A stretch of 64,000 nt of DNA from the NCBI GenBank assembly GCA_964570175.1, contig CAZMXG010000007.1:2109-66108 (forward strand), given 5' to 3'. The DNA comes from an uncultured Heliomicrobium sp. (GTDB taxonomy: Bacteria > Acidobacteriota > Blastocatellia > RBC074). The position numbers were made by a program, and so were the translations under genes. A model generated the notes under the pieces. That model searched no databases. It had not been told where the DNA came from and saw only the letters and a list, made by a program, of their open reading frames with translations. This document shows positions 10,292 to 22,068 of the stretch, piece by piece; the first letter of the stretch is position 1, and each line of letters begins with the position of its first letter.

Positions 10292-10340
10292 AAAAAGGGC
10301 GGCAAATGAAGATTAACCATCTCATTTGCCGCCCTTTTTA
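10292..10340. terminator. Bidirectional rho-independent terminator between convergent genes
   Basis: Perfect inverted repeat AAAAAGGGCGGCAAATGA / TCATTTGCCGCCCTTTTT flanked by A- and T-runs, between the + lipoprotein gene and the - 118-aa gene. Confidence 0.6.
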
Positions 10341-10347
10341 CTTTTGA

Positions 10348-10704
10348 TTAAGCCGCAGCGGCCACAGTCGCTTTTGGACGACCATGAATTTTAATAGTGT
10401 CGTAGTCTTCTGCTTCGACAGTAAATTCATAATTGCGGGCCGGTTGGTATTTGCCGATCATTTCGTTGAATTTCACAACCATCGGTTCGACAAAATCATG
10501 CATTAAAGCGCTTTCTTCAACGACTTTGTGCTGAACGTGGGCGACATCATCTTTGCTAATGCCCACATGATGCATCAAGCGGAGAGGCAAATCCTTTGCC
10601 TCTGAAATTCCGGTGTCAATGCAATAATCCTGGTTGCGAGCCTCTAGCTCCAAGAGCTGTTTATAGAATGTTTCATTGTTATTAAAAGCCAGGCTATTTT
10701 CCAT
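10348..10704 (-). CDS. Hypothetical protein (118 aa)
   Basis: ORF with a plausible RBS context. His-rich segment (LMHHVGISKDDVAHVQHKVV). No family recognised. Confidence 0.3.
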   Translation of the reverse strand: MENSLAFNNNETFYKQLLELEARNQDYCIDTGISEAKDLPLRLMHHVGISKDDVAHVQHKVVEESALMHDFVEPMVVKFNEMIGKYQPARNYEFTVEAEDYDTIKIHGRPKATVAAAA

Positions 10705-10912
10705 GATCTATCCTCCGTAAAACATTCAGCGCTGGTGCTGATGATTTTGATTTCGCTTTCCTTGGACAATCGTGCCAAAGAAAGCACGTTGAAGCATAAG
10801 CTTAGGTACGAAAGAACTGGAGAAAACACCGAATTAGTGCGCGGGGAAAATGAAATCTGACTTTTGCGTTGTTCGAGAAAAAAGGTAGTTCAGGCGGTTT
10901 GAAATGTCAATT

Positions 10913-11554
10913 TTATTGCACAGAACCTGGGCTGAGAGGCTTTTTTAACCTGCGTTCCGTGGTGGATGGATAATACTTGTTCAACACTCGATACCCCAAT
11001 AAGACAACCAGCGCCGTGCCAAAAGCCAAAGGCAAACTAACATCAACTTTGACCAGTTGATAATAATGCCAAACACCAGCAATCGCGGCGGGGAATACCA
11101 GTTTATGAAGCCGATTCCATTTTCGCCCTCCCAACCGCTTGACCATCTTGCTGGTTGAAGTCACCGCCAACGGAACCATCAGCACAAAGGCCAACATCCC
11201 TAAAAAGATAAAAGGCCGTTTCAGCGTGTCTTCGGCAATTGCGCGAAAGGCAAATCCTTTATCGAACCAAGTGTACGCCAGCAAATGCAGGCAGCCGTAA
11301 AAGAATGCGTACAGCCCCATCATCTTTCGAAACTGCACCATCCACGGCAATCCCAGAATCTTTCGCAAAGGCGTTACAGCCAACGTCAGCAAGAGAAAAA
11401 CCAGCGTCAGCGTGCCCGTCGTATGCAGTACAAATTCTTGCGGATTGGTTCCCAGCCGATGGTGAAAGGCGTCCCAAGCCAGCAAAGCAACCGGCACTGC
11501 TGCATTTACGAAGACTGCGGTTTTGGCGAATTTGATGTCTGGCATAATCTTCAA
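10913..11554 (-). CDS. msrQ: Protein-methionine-sulfoxide reductase heme-binding subunit MsrQ (YedZ, ferric-reductase-like TM domain)
   Basis: Six TM helices with conserved His. Overlaps msrP upstream by 4 bp. This is the typical msrPQ arrangement. Confidence 0.75.
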   Translation of the reverse strand: MKIMPDIKFAKTAVFVNAAVPVALLAWDAFHHRLGTNPQEFVLHTTGTLTLVFLLLTLAVTPLRKILGLPWMVQFRKMMGLYAFFYGCLHLLAYTWFDKGFAFRAIAEDTLKRPFIFLGMLAFVLMVPLAVTSTSKMVKRLGGRKWNRLHKLVFPAAIAGVWHYYQLVKVDVSLPLAFGTALVVLLGYRVLNKYYPSTTERRLKKPLSPGSVQ

Positions 11555-12519
11555 TAGTTCGCTTTCAAATCCATACCTGAATACAAACTGGCGACTTGAT
11601 CGCCATAACCATTGAACATCAGCGTATCGCGCAAGCCGAATTCGCCGATTCGGCGCTCGGTCGCCTGTGTCCAGCGCGGATGCGAAACTCCAGGATTGAC
11701 GTTCGAGTAAAAGCCATATTCGTCCGGCCCAACTTCGCTCCAGGTGGAAGTCGGCTGGTCCTTAACCAGCAAAATCTTGACGATGGATTTGATGCTTTTG
11801 AATCCGTATTTCCAGGGCACCACCAACCGCAGAGGAGCGCCATTTTGCGGCAGCAGCATTTTGCCGTAAAGCCCAGCCGCCAGCAGCGTCAGTGGATGCA
11901 TTGCTTCATCCAAGCGTAAGCCTTCGACATATGGCCAAGGCAACACGTCGCGGCTTTGATTGGGCATTCGTTCCGGATCAAACAGCGTGATGAATTTGAC
12001 GAAACCCGCTTCGCCCATCGGTTCGACTTGTTTCAGCAATTCAGCCAGCGGAAAGCCCATCCACGGAATGACCATTGACCAGGCTTCAACGCAGCGAAAG
12101 CGGTAAACGCGATCTTCCAGCGGAGCAAGCTTCAGAAGGTCATCCAGGTCAAAAGTCTTCGGCTTGTGAACCATCCCGGCGACTTCCACCGTCCAGGGTC
12201 GAGTGACAAAGTTTCGGGCGCGGCGCGCAACGTCCTGTTTGCTGGTCGAAAATTCGTAGAAGTTGTTGTAATTCGTGATGTCTGCGAAATCTGTGGCTGA
12301 CTGGCCTTCGGGAGTGAAATAGCCCCCTTTGGCTTGCAGCGTAGCGGAATCAGGTTTGCGGGCTTCTCGTCCAGGCGTGTTCAGCGTTCTATAAAGCAAT
12401 CCGGTTGCCGTAGTTGTAGCTGCCAGAACCCCCGCGCGAATGAAGTTACGGCGATTCCAATACGTTTTCTCATCCGTTATTTCGCTGCTCTTTATTTCTT
12501 CTGAATTTTTGATCAGCAT
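11551..12519 (-). CDS. msrP: Protein-methionine-sulfoxide reductase catalytic subunit MsrP (YedY, molybdopterin sulfite-oxidase family)
   Basis: Tat signal [18 protein letters not shown]. Oxidoreductase molybdopterin-binding fold motifs. 322 aa. Confidence 0.8.
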   Translation of the reverse strand: MLIKNSEEIKSSEITDEKTYWNRRNFIRAGVLAATTTATGLLYRTLNTPGREARKPDSATLQAKGGYFTPEGQSATDFADITNYNNFYEFSTSKQDVARRARNFVTRPWTVEVAGMVHKPKTFDLDDLLKLAPLEDRVYRFRCVEAWSMVIPWMGFPLAELLKQVEPMGEAGFVKFITLFDPERMPNQSRDVLPWPYVEGLRLDEAMHPLTLLAAGLYGKMLLPQNGAPLRLVVPWKYGFKSIKSIVKILLVKDQPTSTWSEVGPDEYGFYSNVNPGVSHPRWTQATERRIGEFGLRDTLMFNGYGDQVASLYSGMDLKANY

Positions 12520-12690
12520 TTTTCTCCCTCATTTCGAACCGGCGACAGCTTCCGTCATCGCAACCACAAGATGAATATCACACTTCAGAAATTTTATTCC
12601 CGCTGCCGCCTTGAAGGCTTCTTCGTACAGCCAAGCTTCAAGCTATAATCCACGTTCGAAACTACGATCCTGTAAAGGACCACAGATTTC

Positions 12691-13515
12691 ATGCCATTGA
12701 TTGAGGAAATACTGCAACAATCGGTCGCTGCTTTGAAAGCCAGCTTTCTGGACAACAGCGAAGCATTGCCCAAAGGTTTGATCGAAGCATTGGAAAACGA
12801 CCAGCGGCAAGGTGCCCGCGTACTGGCAACAAGGCTTCGCACACGGCAGTCTGAAAACCGAGCCGAAGGCCAGCGATTGCGCCATTTGCTGAAATTTGAA
12901 TCCGAATTATGGCAGCAAGGATTTGAGCTAATCGCTGGCGTTGACGAAGCCGGAGTTGGCCCCCTGGCCGGGCCGGTTGTCGCCGGAACTGCAATCCTGC
13001 CGAAGAATTACAAACTGCGCGAACTGAACGATTCCAAGAAGCTCGATGAAACGACGCGCGATCAATTGGCGGAAAAAATCAAAACCGACTCTCTCGCCTG
13101 GGCAATTGGAATTGCGGAAGTCGAAGAAATTGACCAATTGAACATTTATCATGCCGGTTTGTTGGCGATGCGACGAGCGGTCGAAGCTTTAAGCATCAAC
13201 CCGGATTTCGTTCTGGTGGATGCGCGAAAGATTCCTGACTTGCCAATGCCACAACGCGGGATTGTGCGTGGAGATTCGCTTTCCGCCAGCATTGCGGCGG
13301 CTTCCGTTTTAGCAAAAACCGCGCGCGACGCAATGATGCTGGAATTGGACCAACAATTCCCTGGCTATGGATTGGCGGGGCACAAAGGTTATTCGACACC
13401 GGAACACTTCACGGCGCTCAAAAAACTGGGAGCTTCGCCGATTCATCGCCGCAGTTTTCGCCCTGTACGTGAAGCGCTGGGACTTGATCCGACCCAAGTT
13501 TCTTTGTTCGACTGA
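12691..13515 (+). CDS. rnhB: Ribonuclease HII (with about 80-aa N-terminal extension)
   Basis: [21 protein letters not shown] and DSKKL...VDA... active-site motifs typical of RNase HII. C-terminal KGYSTPEH. Confidence 0.8.
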   Translation: MPLIEEILQQSVAALKASFLDNSEALPKGLIEALENDQRQGARVLATRLRTRQSENRAEGQRLRHLLKFESELWQQGFELIAGVDEAGVGPLAGPVVAGTAILPKNYKLRELNDSKKLDETTRDQLAEKIKTDSLAWAIGIAEVEEIDQLNIYHAGLLAMRRAVEALSINPDFVLVDARKIPDLPMPQRGIVRGDSLSASIAAASVLAKTARDAMMLELDQQFPGYGLAGHKGYSTPEHFTALKKLGASPIHRRSFRPVREALGLDPTQVSLFD

Positions 13516-13518
13516 AAT

Positions 13519-14764
13519 CATGGCAACGCCACAGTCAAAACTTGTGACGGGTTCGTTGGCCGATCCGCGCGATTCGATTGGATTCGTGCTGCGGCTGGGA
13601 CGCGCCTTGCATACGTATGGTTATCCTGCGCATCGGCTGGAAGAAGTGATGAGCCGCGCCGCCGACCGATTGCGCTTAACCGGTCAGTTTTTTTCTACAC
13701 CGACTTCAATCTTTGCGTCGTTCGGCAAACAGGAAGAGCAGCAAACTTTCCTGATGCGCGTCACCCCGGGCGAAGTCAATCTGGGCAAGCTGGCTGAACT
13801 GGATGATGTGACAACAGGCGTGTTGCGCGGAGCCGTCAGCGCGGCAGAAGGTTCAGAAAGCATTGAGTATATTCTGGCAGCGCCATCTCGATACGGCAGT
13901 GCACTGACGGTTATTGCATTTGGCATGGCGTCGGCAGCAGCCTCGCGCTTCCTGGGCGGAGGGCTGAAAGAAATCGGAATCTCGGCGCTGATCGGACTGA
14001 TGATCGGCCTTCTTTCTATCTTTGTGGGAAAGTATCCAACTTGGAGCCGGGTGTTTGAACCGGTTGCGGCGTTTACGGCCTCCGCACTGGCAGCCGCTTT
14101 GAGCTTTGGCATCGGCCCTTATGCGGTTTCAAATGCCACGCTGGCGGGATTGATAATTCTGATGCCCGGTTTGACACTGACAGCGGCAATGATCGAATTG
14201 TCTTCGCAGCATTTGTCTTCCGGCACTGCGCGGTTAAGCGGCGCGTTCGTCATCTTCATTGGAATGGGATTTGGCGTCGCGGTTGGCGACACGGTTTCTC
14301 AAGCGGTGTTTGGAAATCCGCAAATTGCTCGCGCCGTGCAATTGCCTGGCTGGACGGAATTGATCGCGTTGGTGACGATGCCGTTGGCACTGACCGTTTT
14401 GCTGAAAGCGCATTGGCGCGATGCAGTGTGGATCGTTATTGCCGGGGCTTTGGCTGTCGGCGGAGCAAAGCTCGGCGCAAGTTTTCTAGGGCCGGAGCTT
14501 GGCGTTTTTTTCGGCGCATTGACCGTGGGCATCGCCAGCAATTCGTATTCGCGCCTGCTGGATCATCCGGCGATCATCACGCAAGTCCCTGGCATTCTGC
14601 TGCTGGTTCCCGGCAGCGTGGGGTTTCGCGGACTGGCGGCATTGCTGGATAGACAGATCGTTTCCGGTGTAGACACCACATTCAAAATGATTTTGACGGC
14701 GATGGCTTTGGTGGCCGGGACGCTGATCGCCAACATCGTGGTTCCATCACGCAGGGAGCTTTGA
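13519..14764 (+). CDS. Threonine/serine exporter family protein (ThrE N- and C-domains)
   Basis: N-terminal cytoplasmic ThrE-like domain (LGRALHTYGYPAHRLEEVMSRAADRLRL) followed by about 10 TM helices. Start moved to the ATG at 13519 just after the rnhB stop. The ORF-track start at 13367 overlaps rnhB. Confidence 0.65.
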
Positions 14765-14859
14765 TAATCGAGCCAGTACCCGCGTGTTAGCAAGCGGGAG
14801 GCTTCGCGAATGACCCGTTCTTTTCAAGTATTGACCAAAATCACAAGGAGAACTTCACC

Positions 14860-15864
14860 ATGGCAAACAAAGTAAACCATCAATGGCGGTTGGCTGCTCG
14901 CCCGGAAGGGCTTTTCAAGGAAAGCGATTTTACCTGGACGGAAGAAGCCGTTCCGGAATTACAGGACGGTCAGATTCTGGTTCACAATCTGTATCTTTCG
15001 CTTGATCCGACAATGCGTGGATGGGCTTCGCGCGACACGTATCTTCCTGCTGTGCCAATCGGCGGCGTGATGCGCGGCGGAACCATCGGCGTCGTGGAAG
15101 AATCGCGCAATCCAAATTTCAAAATCGGCGATCATGTTTCCGGATTGCTCGGCTGGCAGGAATACGCTGTTAGCGACGGCAAAGGCGTTAACACGCTGCC
15201 GAACCTTCCTGGCGTCCCGCTAACGGCGCATTTCGGTTTATTTGGTCATATCGGAATGACAGCCTATTTCGGTTTGCTGGACATTGGCCAGCCGAAACCC
15301 GGCGAAACGCTGGTGGTATCGGCTGCTGCTGGCGCGGTGGGTTCGTTGGTTGGCCAGATCGGCAAAATCAAAGGTTGCCGCGTTGTAGGCATCGCCGGAG
15401 CCGACGACAAATGTAAATGGCTGGTGAATGAACTTGGGTTTGACGCCGCGATTAACTACAAAACTGAAAACGTTGCTGCAGCTTTGAAAAAGCACTGCCC
15501 GAACGGCATTGACATAGATTTTGAAAATGTCGGCGGGGAGATCATGGATGCTGTGTTGGCACAGATCAATTTGCGCGCTCGCATTGCTTTGTGCGGGTTG
15601 ATTTCCAGCTACAACGCCACGGAGCCAGTTCCGGGACCGTATAACTTCGGCAACATTTTGGTGAAACGCGCTCGTGTCGAAGGCTTCATCGTGATGGATT
15701 ATGCTCCGCGCGCGATGGAATGCATGACAGAACTGGGCAAATGGCTGATGGAAGGCAAGATCAAATATCGCCTTGACGAAGTTGATGGCCTGAAAAACGC
15801 GCCGACAGCTGTCAACCGTCTGTTTGAAGGAGCCAACATCGGAAAGTTAGTGGTCAAAATTTGA
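14860..15864 (+). CDS. NADP-dependent oxidoreductase (MDR/zinc-binding dehydrogenase family, YncB/CurA-like)
   Basis: AAGAVGSLVGQIGKIKGCRVVGIAG Rossmann motif. Family-typical N-terminus (WRLAARPEG). 334 aa. Confidence 0.75.
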   Translation: MANKVNHQWRLAARPEGLFKESDFTWTEEAVPELQDGQILVHNLYLSLDPTMRGWASRDTYLPAVPIGGVMRGGTIGVVEESRNPNFKIGDHVSGLLGWQEYAVSDGKGVNTLPNLPGVPLTAHFGLFGHIGMTAYFGLLDIGQPKPGETLVVSAAAGAVGSLVGQIGKIKGCRVVGIAGADDKCKWLVNELGFDAAINYKTENVAAALKKHCPNGIDIDFENVGGEIMDAVLAQINLRARIALCGLISSYNATEPVPGPYNFGNILVKRARVEGFIVMDYAPRAMECMTELGKWLMEGKIKYRLDEVDGLKNAPTAVNRLFEGANIGKLVVKI

Positions 15865-16649
15865 TGTTCATTGATTCGCACGCTCATCTGGACGTTCCGA
15901 ATTACGACGCCGATCGCGCGGAAGTGATTGCTCGCGCTCGCGCGGCTGGCGTCGAAATAATGCTGGAAATTGCCGGCAGCGATGTCGGCAAAGGCTCACT
16001 GGCGCCTGGGCTGCGACTGGCCGAAGAGTACGAATTCATTTATGCCGCTGTCGGATTGCATCCGCACGAAGCCAGTTTGTACGATGCACAGCTTGAAAAA
16101 ATGCTGCTGGATTGCAGCCATCATCCAAAAGTCATTGGATGGGGTGAAATCGGACTGGATTATCATTACGACAACAGTCCGCGTGACGTTCAGCGGCAAG
16201 TGTTTCATCGTCAATTGGAACTAGCTTTAGAGCGAGGATTGCCTGCCATCATTCACACCCGTGAAGCCGAAGAAGACACGATTGCCATCTTGCGCAAAGC
16301 CTGGTTCGAAAACCGCGGAGCCGAAATCGGTGGTATTATTCACTGTTTCACTAGCAGCCAGACACTGGCCGATGCGGCGCTTGAAATGGGGTTTCATATT
16401 TCGTTTTCCGGCGTGCTGACGTTCAAAACAGCAGAAGAGCTTCGCGATGTGGCCAGATCGGTGCCTATGGAACGATTGCTGATTGAAACCGATTGCCCTT
16501 TTCTGGCTCCGATTCCATATCGGGGCAAACGCAACGAACCGGCCTTTGTCGTGGAGACAGCAAAGAAGTTGGCGGAGTTAAAACAGACTTCAGTCGAAGA
16601 AATCGCCCGCGTCACCAACAGCAATTTTCAGCGGCTTTTTGGCTTATAA
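15861..16649 (+). CDS. tatD: TatD family metal-dependent hydrolase
   Basis: FIDSHAHLD N-terminus, HPHEA, IGEIGLDYHY, HTRE, ETDCPFLAP. These are canonical TatD motifs. Confidence 0.85.
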   Translation: MMFIDSHAHLDVPNYDADRAEVIARARAAGVEIMLEIAGSDVGKGSLAPGLRLAEEYEFIYAAVGLHPHEASLYDAQLEKMLLDCSHHPKVIGWGEIGLDYHYDNSPRDVQRQVFHRQLELALERGLPAIIHTREAEEDTIAILRKAWFENRGAEIGGIIHCFTSSQTLADAALEMGFHISFSGVLTFKTAEELRDVARSVPMERLLIETDCPFLAPIPYRGKRNEPAFVVETAKKLAELKQTSVEEIARVTNSNFQRLFGL

Positions 16650-16846
16650 TAAATTTTCTCTTCTTGACACGTCATTGACAATGGATTTGGCAACGGGTTA
16701 CAACTTTGTCCCTACCTTCTACAGAGTCACAGGCATGACAAGTGTAAATTCAAGTTCGCCGCAGTTGTGAAGATTTCCCGTCCGGTAATATCCGGTCTGT
16801 TTGAATATAACTGCACGCAAACGTGCTCTGACTAGGTTTGTGAATT

Positions 16847-17347
16847 ATGGCGCAGCAAAATACATTCGATATCGTTTCCCAGATTGAGCACACCGAAGTC
16901 GTCAATGCCGTCAATCAGGCGTTGAAAGAGGTGCAAACTCGTTTTGATTTTAAAGGCAGCAAAAGCAACATCGAACTGGAAGGACAGGAAGCAATCATTC
17001 TGACTTCGGATGATGATTACAAACTGAACAGTTTGAATGACATTTTGCAATCGAAATTCGTCAAACGCGGTGTGCCGTTGAAAGGACTGACGTACGGCAA
17101 GATTGAACAGGCGCTGGGCGGCACAGTGCGCCAGCGAGTCACCCTGCAACAAGGGATTCCGCAGGACAAAGCCAAAGAAATCGTCAAACACATCAAAGAC
17201 ACAAAGCTAAAAGTGCAGGCTTCCATTCAAGGCGATTTGGTCCGCGTCGCCGGGCGCGACCGCGATATTTTGCAGGAAGTCATCACAGCGTTGCGTTCGC
17301 ACGATTTTGGCATTGATATGCAGTTTACGAATTACAGATCGAACTGA
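16847..17347 (+). CDS. yajQ: YajQ family cyclic-di-GMP-binding / nucleotide-binding protein (UPF0234)
   Basis: MAQQNTFDIVSQIEHTEVVNAVNQALKEVQTRFDFKGS matches the YajQ N-terminus. Length 166 aa. Confidence 0.85.
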   Translation: MAQQNTFDIVSQIEHTEVVNAVNQALKEVQTRFDFKGSKSNIELEGQEAIILTSDDDYKLNSLNDILQSKFVKRGVPLKGLTYGKIEQALGGTVRQRVTLQQGIPQDKAKEIVKHIKDTKLKVQASIQGDLVRVAGRDRDILQEVITALRSHDFGIDMQFTNYRSN

Positions 17348-17432
17348 GGCGATGGTTGTTGGTCAGCGGTTTGACGCGGGTTGAAAGTTCAACCATCAAC
17401 CAAGAATCACCAGCTACCAACCACGCATAATT

Positions 17433-18446
17433 ATGGCAACACTTGTATCAGCATCTTCCTCGCGCGAAGCGACAACTGCCGGGCGCATCTTCAGCTTGAT
17501 CGCCCGTGAACTGGTGCGGTTCGAGGAAGAATTCGAGCGGCAAGCCCGCACCAACATTCAAATCATCGCGCATATCGGGCGTTATTTGCATCAGACCGGT
17601 GGAAAACGTGTGCGCCCTGCCCTGGTTATATTGGCAGCGAAAGTTTTCGGCGAAGAAGTTGATGATTCCGTCATCAAAATGGCCACTGTGATGGAGTTCC
17701 TTCACACGGCAACCCTGGTGCATGACGACGTAATTGACGGTGCCGATATGCGCCGGGGCCGTCGCGCAGTTTCCTCTCAGTGGGGCAACGAAACCGCTGT
17801 CTTGATGGGTGACTGGCTATACATGACGGCGTTTGAAACCGCCTTGCAGCAACGCAATCTGGATTTGCTGGACACGCTGACTGAAGCCACACGCAGAATG
17901 ACCGAAGGAGAACTGATTCAACTGACCCTGATCGGCAACACGCGAATCACGGAAGAGCAGCATCTGGAAATTGTCACGCGCAAAACTGCCTATCTGTTCA
18001 GCGCCAGTTGCAAAGTCGGAGCAATTTTACGCGGTGGAACCCCGGAACAACGTCGCGCACTTGCTGATTACGGATTGAACCTTGGCGTGGCCTTTCAGCT
18101 GGTTGACGATCTGCTGGATTTCACTTCAAACGTGGAAAAGCTGGGCAAACCGGTTTTGAGCGACTTGCGCGAAGGCAAAGTGACATTGCCCTTGATTCGT
18201 TTGTTGCGTTCGCAGCCGCAGTTTTTTCCGCAAGTCCGTGCCGCGATGGAAGAACCCTTAGGAGAAACTGCTCGCGCGCGCGAAGTGCTGGCCATATTGG
18301 CGGAATCCGGAGAATTGGAAAAAGCTCGCGACGAAGCTTATTCTTATGCTGTTCGCGCTCAGGAATCATTGAAGATATTCCCGGAGAATCAATTCCGGCG
18401 GGCGCTTTCTGAAATCGCGCAATACATCATTGAGCGCGATAACTGA
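17433..18446 (+). CDS. Polyprenyl diphosphate synthase (octaprenyl/heptaprenyl-type, IspB-like)
   Basis: First and second Asp-rich motifs LVHDDVIDGADMRRGR and FQLVDDLLDF. 337 aa. Confidence 0.85.
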   Translation: MATLVSASSSREATTAGRIFSLIARELVRFEEEFERQARTNIQIIAHIGRYLHQTGGKRVRPALVILAAKVFGEEVDDSVIKMATVMEFLHTATLVHDDVIDGADMRRGRRAVSSQWGNETAVLMGDWLYMTAFETALQQRNLDLLDTLTEATRRMTEGELIQLTLIGNTRITEEQHLEIVTRKTAYLFSASCKVGAILRGGTPEQRRALADYGLNLGVAFQLVDDLLDFTSNVEKLGKPVLSDLREGKVTLPLIRLLRSQPQFFPQVRAAMEEPLGETARAREVLAILAESGELEKARDEAYSYAVRAQESLKIFPENQFRRALSEIAQYIIERDN

Positions 18447-18536
18447 TTTCGGATTTTTGATTTTGGATTCGACCATCTTTATCGGACGCATTGAATTCCA
18501 TCCAAAACTAAAAACCCGAAATTCAAAACCTTTTTT

Positions 18537-19115
18537 ATGAATGACGCAGCATTGGCGGCGCTTCAACGGTCGCTAAGCGAATACCGTGAAGCAAAGCGGA
18601 AAATTCATCTCAAGCTGGCCGATCTGGAAATGGAATCGGCTTCATTGCGTTCCCAGCTTACAGAGCTTGACGCAATGATCGAGCGGAACGAGACGGCGTT
18701 GCTGCGCATGTTGCTTCCGGCCGACAAACAAATAGCATCAACCCGGACGCCGAACCTGCCCTTCGATTACAAAACCGCTGCTCACGCAAACTCGCACGAC
18801 TTCACAGATTTTCGTTCTTCCGTCGAATCCGATATCGAAGCCGAAGTTGCCAAACTGGAACAATCTGAAAAATCCAGTAACGTTCGTTTCACAGACTTCC
18901 GCATTCCGCAGGCAGCCACAATTGTTTTGCGCGAAGCTGATGGCCCATTGCACGTCAGCGAAATTTACCGCCGGATGGCTGCCGGAGGCTTTGAATTTCG
19001 CGGCCAGCACCAGTTGATTACGCTTGCCGTTTCTTTAAGCCGCAGCAAACGATTCCGCAAAGTCGCTCCCGGCACATTTGACCTAGTTCCTGAACAGTTG
19101 GCCGGAGCCGCTTGA
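18537..19115 (+). CDS. Coiled-coil protein with C-terminal HARE-HTH-like winged-helix domain
   Basis: N-terminal heptad-rich helix (LSEYREAKRKIHLKLADLEMESASLRSQLTELDAMIE). C-terminal IPQAATIVLREADGPLHVSEIYRRM...GTFDL resembles the HARE-HTH fold. Confidence 0.4.
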   Translation: MNDAALAALQRSLSEYREAKRKIHLKLADLEMESASLRSQLTELDAMIERNETALLRMLLPADKQIASTRTPNLPFDYKTAAHANSHDFTDFRSSVESDIEAEVAKLEQSEKSSNVRFTDFRIPQAATIVLREADGPLHVSEIYRRMAAGGFEFRGQHQLITLAVSLSRSKRFRKVAPGTFDLVPEQLAGAA

Positions 19116-19180
19116 TCCATTGCGGAATTCGGATTGCGAATTTGATCTCGCCGAATTTTCATCTTCCCTGAATTCTGTTT

Positions 19181-19792
19181 ATGGCTGACACCACAACCCG
19201 CAATTTAAATCCCGCAATTCGCAATCACGAGATTGAAGTCAAACTGCGTCTGGACAATGTTGATGCGCTGACAAAAGCAGGGTTCATTTTGGAAATCCAA
19301 ATGCCTCGCCATTTTGAAGACAACTGGCTGCTGGATACTGAAAAAAAGCTGTTGGGCGAAAAGCTGGCGGTCTTGCGCGTCCGGCAAACAGGCGAGAGCG
19401 GCGTATTAACACTTAAAGAAAAAGCTGCATCTGATGCACCGGCTTCCCAATTCAAACAACGGCTTGAAATCGAAACCACACTGGACGAGCCGGACAATGC
19501 GTTGCTGATTTTTGAGCGGCTCGGATTCCAGCCCTGGTTCCGGTATCAGAAATACCGCACTGTTTACCAAGCCACGCTTCCCAGCGGCGCTCGACTTCAC
19601 GTCATGGCAGACGAAACGCCCATCGGAAATTTTATCGAACTTGAAGGCGAGGAAGCAGCGATTGCAGAAGGAGTGAAGCTGCTTGGCATCAACCCCGCAG
19701 ATTACGTGCTGGAAAGCTATCTTGCGCTGCAAGCAGCAAACTGTGCGCAACAAGGAAAACCATTTGGAGACATGATATTTTTAGGTGAGTGA
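19181..19792 (+). CDS. CYTH domain protein (triphosphate tunnel metalloenzyme; class IV adenylate cyclase / triphosphatase family)
   Basis: EIEVKLRL at the N-terminus (ExExK motif), plus later acidic strands ([18 protein letters not shown]). 203 aa. Confidence 0.6.
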   Translation: MADTTTRNLNPAIRNHEIEVKLRLDNVDALTKAGFILEIQMPRHFEDNWLLDTEKKLLGEKLAVLRVRQTGESGVLTLKEKAASDAPASQFKQRLEIETTLDEPDNALLIFERLGFQPWFRYQKYRTVYQATLPSGARLHVMADETPIGNFIELEGEEAAIAEGVKLLGINPADYVLESYLALQAANCAQQGKPFGDMIFLGE

Positions 19793-19829
19793 AGCCTGTT
19801 CCCTGTCACCCATCACCTATCACCTGAAT

Positions 19830-20816
19830 ATGAAAGCAATGATTCTGGCCGCGGGTTTCGGTACCCGATTGTGGCCACTGACAATAGGACGAACCAAACC
19901 GGCGATCCCATTTTTGAATCGGCCGCTGATCGGGTTCACGATTGATTACCTGCGCCGGTACGGATTTGAAGACATCATCATCAATTTGCATCACGAACCA
20001 GATTCTGTTCGACGCCAAATTGGCGATGGGTCGCAGTTTGGCGTGCGAATTCATTATTCGGTCGAAGAGCCGGAAATTCTGGGAACCTCCGGCGCGCTGG
20101 ATAATGTCCGCGATCAACTGAACAAGGAAACCTTCGTCGTTATCAACGGCAAGATTATTACAGACATTGATTTGACGGCGGCGCTTGAAACCCATCGGCA
20201 AAAAAATGCACTGGCAACGCTGGTTTTAAAACCTAACCCAAAATGCGAACGTTTCAGCGAAGTCAAAATCACCGAAGACGGCCGTATCCTGGAATTCGCA
20301 GGCTTCCCCAACTCCCAAATTCCGACTCCCAATCCTCCATTGATGTTTACAGGCATTCACCTGATGGAGCCGGAGATTTTTGAGTACATCCCGCGTCGCA
20401 TATTTTCCGATTCCGTCAGAGACGTTTATCCAAGAGCAATGGCTGACGGAAAAGTGATTGCCGCGCATATTGCACGCTCAGACGGTTCCTGGTTTGAATT
20501 GAGCACCTTGCAGCGCTATCTGGAAATCAGCCTGGAATTTCTTGCACGCGAAGGCCGCGATGTTGTGATGGATGAAGGTTGCCAGATTGCCGGCTCAGCA
20601 GAAATCGCGCGGTCAGTGTTATGGAAACGCGTTCGAGTAGAAAGCGGTGCCCGCTTAACCAACTGCGTGGTTGGTGATGATGTGACGATTCCCGCCGGAG
20701 CGGAATTTGACCACGCAGTCATTGTTCGCGCTGATTCTGCTGGTGAAGCCGACCGTCCTGAAAAGGCCTTGCCAGCCGAGGTTGTGGGCGAGAATCTTGT
20801 CGTGAAAATCGGCTGA
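19830..20816 (+). CDS. Sugar-1-phosphate nucleotidyltransferase, MurU-like N-terminus with C-terminal left-handed beta-helix
   Basis: [31 protein letters not shown]-transferase signature. C-terminal hexapeptide-like region. Start moved to the ATG at 19830 to avoid overlap with the CYTH gene. Confidence 0.6.
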   Translation: MKAMILAAGFGTRLWPLTIGRTKPAIPFLNRPLIGFTIDYLRRYGFEDIIINLHHEPDSVRRQIGDGSQFGVRIHYSVEEPEILGTSGALDNVRDQLNKETFVVINGKIITDIDLTAALETHRQKNALATLVLKPNPKCERFSEVKITEDGRILEFAGFPNSQIPTPNPPLMFTGIHLMEPEIFEYIPRRIFSDSVRDVYPRAMADGKVIAAHIARSDGSWFELSTLQRYLEISLEFLAREGRDVVMDEGCQIAGSAEIARSVLWKRVRVESGARLTNCVVGDDVTIPAGAEFDHAVIVRADSAGEADRPEKALPAEVVGENLVVKIG

Positions 20817-20948
20817 TGCTACCATCCGCCATCGTTTCTGCTGGTTGTAAAGCTGGCGTTGCGGGCGTTCACCAAATTTGAATTTGTTTTTGCTGCGCCT
20901 ACCCCTTAACTAAAACAATCTGCCCGCCATCAGAACTGACCAAAACTT

Positions 20949-22055
20949 ATGACTGCTACCGAAACCAACAATATATCTGCGCCTGAAATGCTGCCGGGCG
21001 AAATGGCAAAAACAACCGGAGGCCTGAGCGAAAAGCGCGTGGTCATTTTTGCAGCGCGTCATTTCGGCTTGCCCGTTAACGACGTTCTGTTTCAACCATT
21101 AACACCGGACGCTTCGACTAGAAAGTATTACCGGATTGCCGCTACCACCCGCCCACAGGAAACGCTGATTGTCAGTCTGTATCCATCACCTTTTAACCCG
21201 CACGACAATACTTTTCTGGATGTCACCAGACTGTTTGAACAGGCCAACTTGCCCGCTCCCCAAATTATTGACGTTGCCGGAACTGAAGGCATCATTTTGC
21301 AGGAAGACCTGGGTGATGTCAGTCTGGCACAATGGCTGAATGAAGCCGCAGAGCGCGGCGACGTTGCGGGCGCTGAAAAGATGCTGCGCCGCTCAATTGA
21401 ACTGATTGCGCGAATCCAGGGTGCAACAATGCTCGCTTACACCATGAATTCCGTCGCCAGTCATTTGGCTTTTGACGAAGACAAACTGCTGTGGGAGCTA
21501 AATTATTTTTTCGATCATTTTTTCGGCAGCTATCGGCAGCATTCATTTGCCGACGAACAAGCCGAAGCGATCAAAAGTGATTTGCAGGCCATCGCGGCAG
21601 AACTTGGCTCCCGCCCTCGTGCGTTGACGCATCGCGACTACCACGCGATGAACCTTATGGTAGACGCCAACGGTGAGTTGCGGATCATTGACCACCAGGA
21701 TGCGAGAATGGGTCCAGCGACGTATGATCTGGTTCCGCTGTTGGTCGAGCGCCGCTTGCAGCCAGTGAAAGAAGACTGGGTTTTGGAGCGTCAAGACTTA
21801 TTCCTGAGCTTGCGTGAAAAGATGGGCTTGCCGAAAATCGAAACTGAAGATTTTCGATATGAATTTAACCTGATGACCATTCAGCGGCAATTGAAAGCAA
21901 TGGGCACATTTTCGTATCAAACTGCCGTCGTCGGTCGCGGTGTTGTTTATGAACAGTACATTGTTCCAGCAGCGACGACGGTGCTGCGAGCAATGGGCAA
22001 AGCAGGAATTAAGAAATACCCTGCGCTCAGAAATGCCCTGGAAAGCATGATCTGA
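20949..22055 (+). CDS. Aminoglycoside-phosphotransferase-fold sugar kinase, AmgK-like (anomeric MurNAc/GlcNAc kinase family)
   Basis: [38 protein letters not shown] carries the APH-fold catalytic loop and DxQDA motif as in AmgK. Confidence 0.6.
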   Translation: MTATETNNISAPEMLPGEMAKTTGGLSEKRVVIFAARHFGLPVNDVLFQPLTPDASTRKYYRIAATTRPQETLIVSLYPSPFNPHDNTFLDVTRLFEQANLPAPQIIDVAGTEGIILQEDLGDVSLAQWLNEAAERGDVAGAEKMLRRSIELIARIQGATMLAYTMNSVASHLAFDEDKLLWELNYFFDHFFGSYRQHSFADEQAEAIKSDLQAIAAELGSRPRALTHRDYHAMNLMVDANGELRIIDHQDARMGPATYDLVPLLVERRLQPVKEDWVLERQDLFLSLREKMGLPKIETEDFRYEFNLMTIQRQLKAMGTFSYQTAVVGRGVVYEQYIVPAATTVLRAMGKAGIKKYPALRNALESMI

Positions 22056-22068
22056 AAATTGCAATTCA

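Noticed and set aside
16650-16846. 197-bp intergenic region upstream of yajQ as a possible small RNA
   Set aside because: It contains two TTGACA-like boxes and lacks a clear terminator or conserved structure that I can verify. It is more likely a promoter region.
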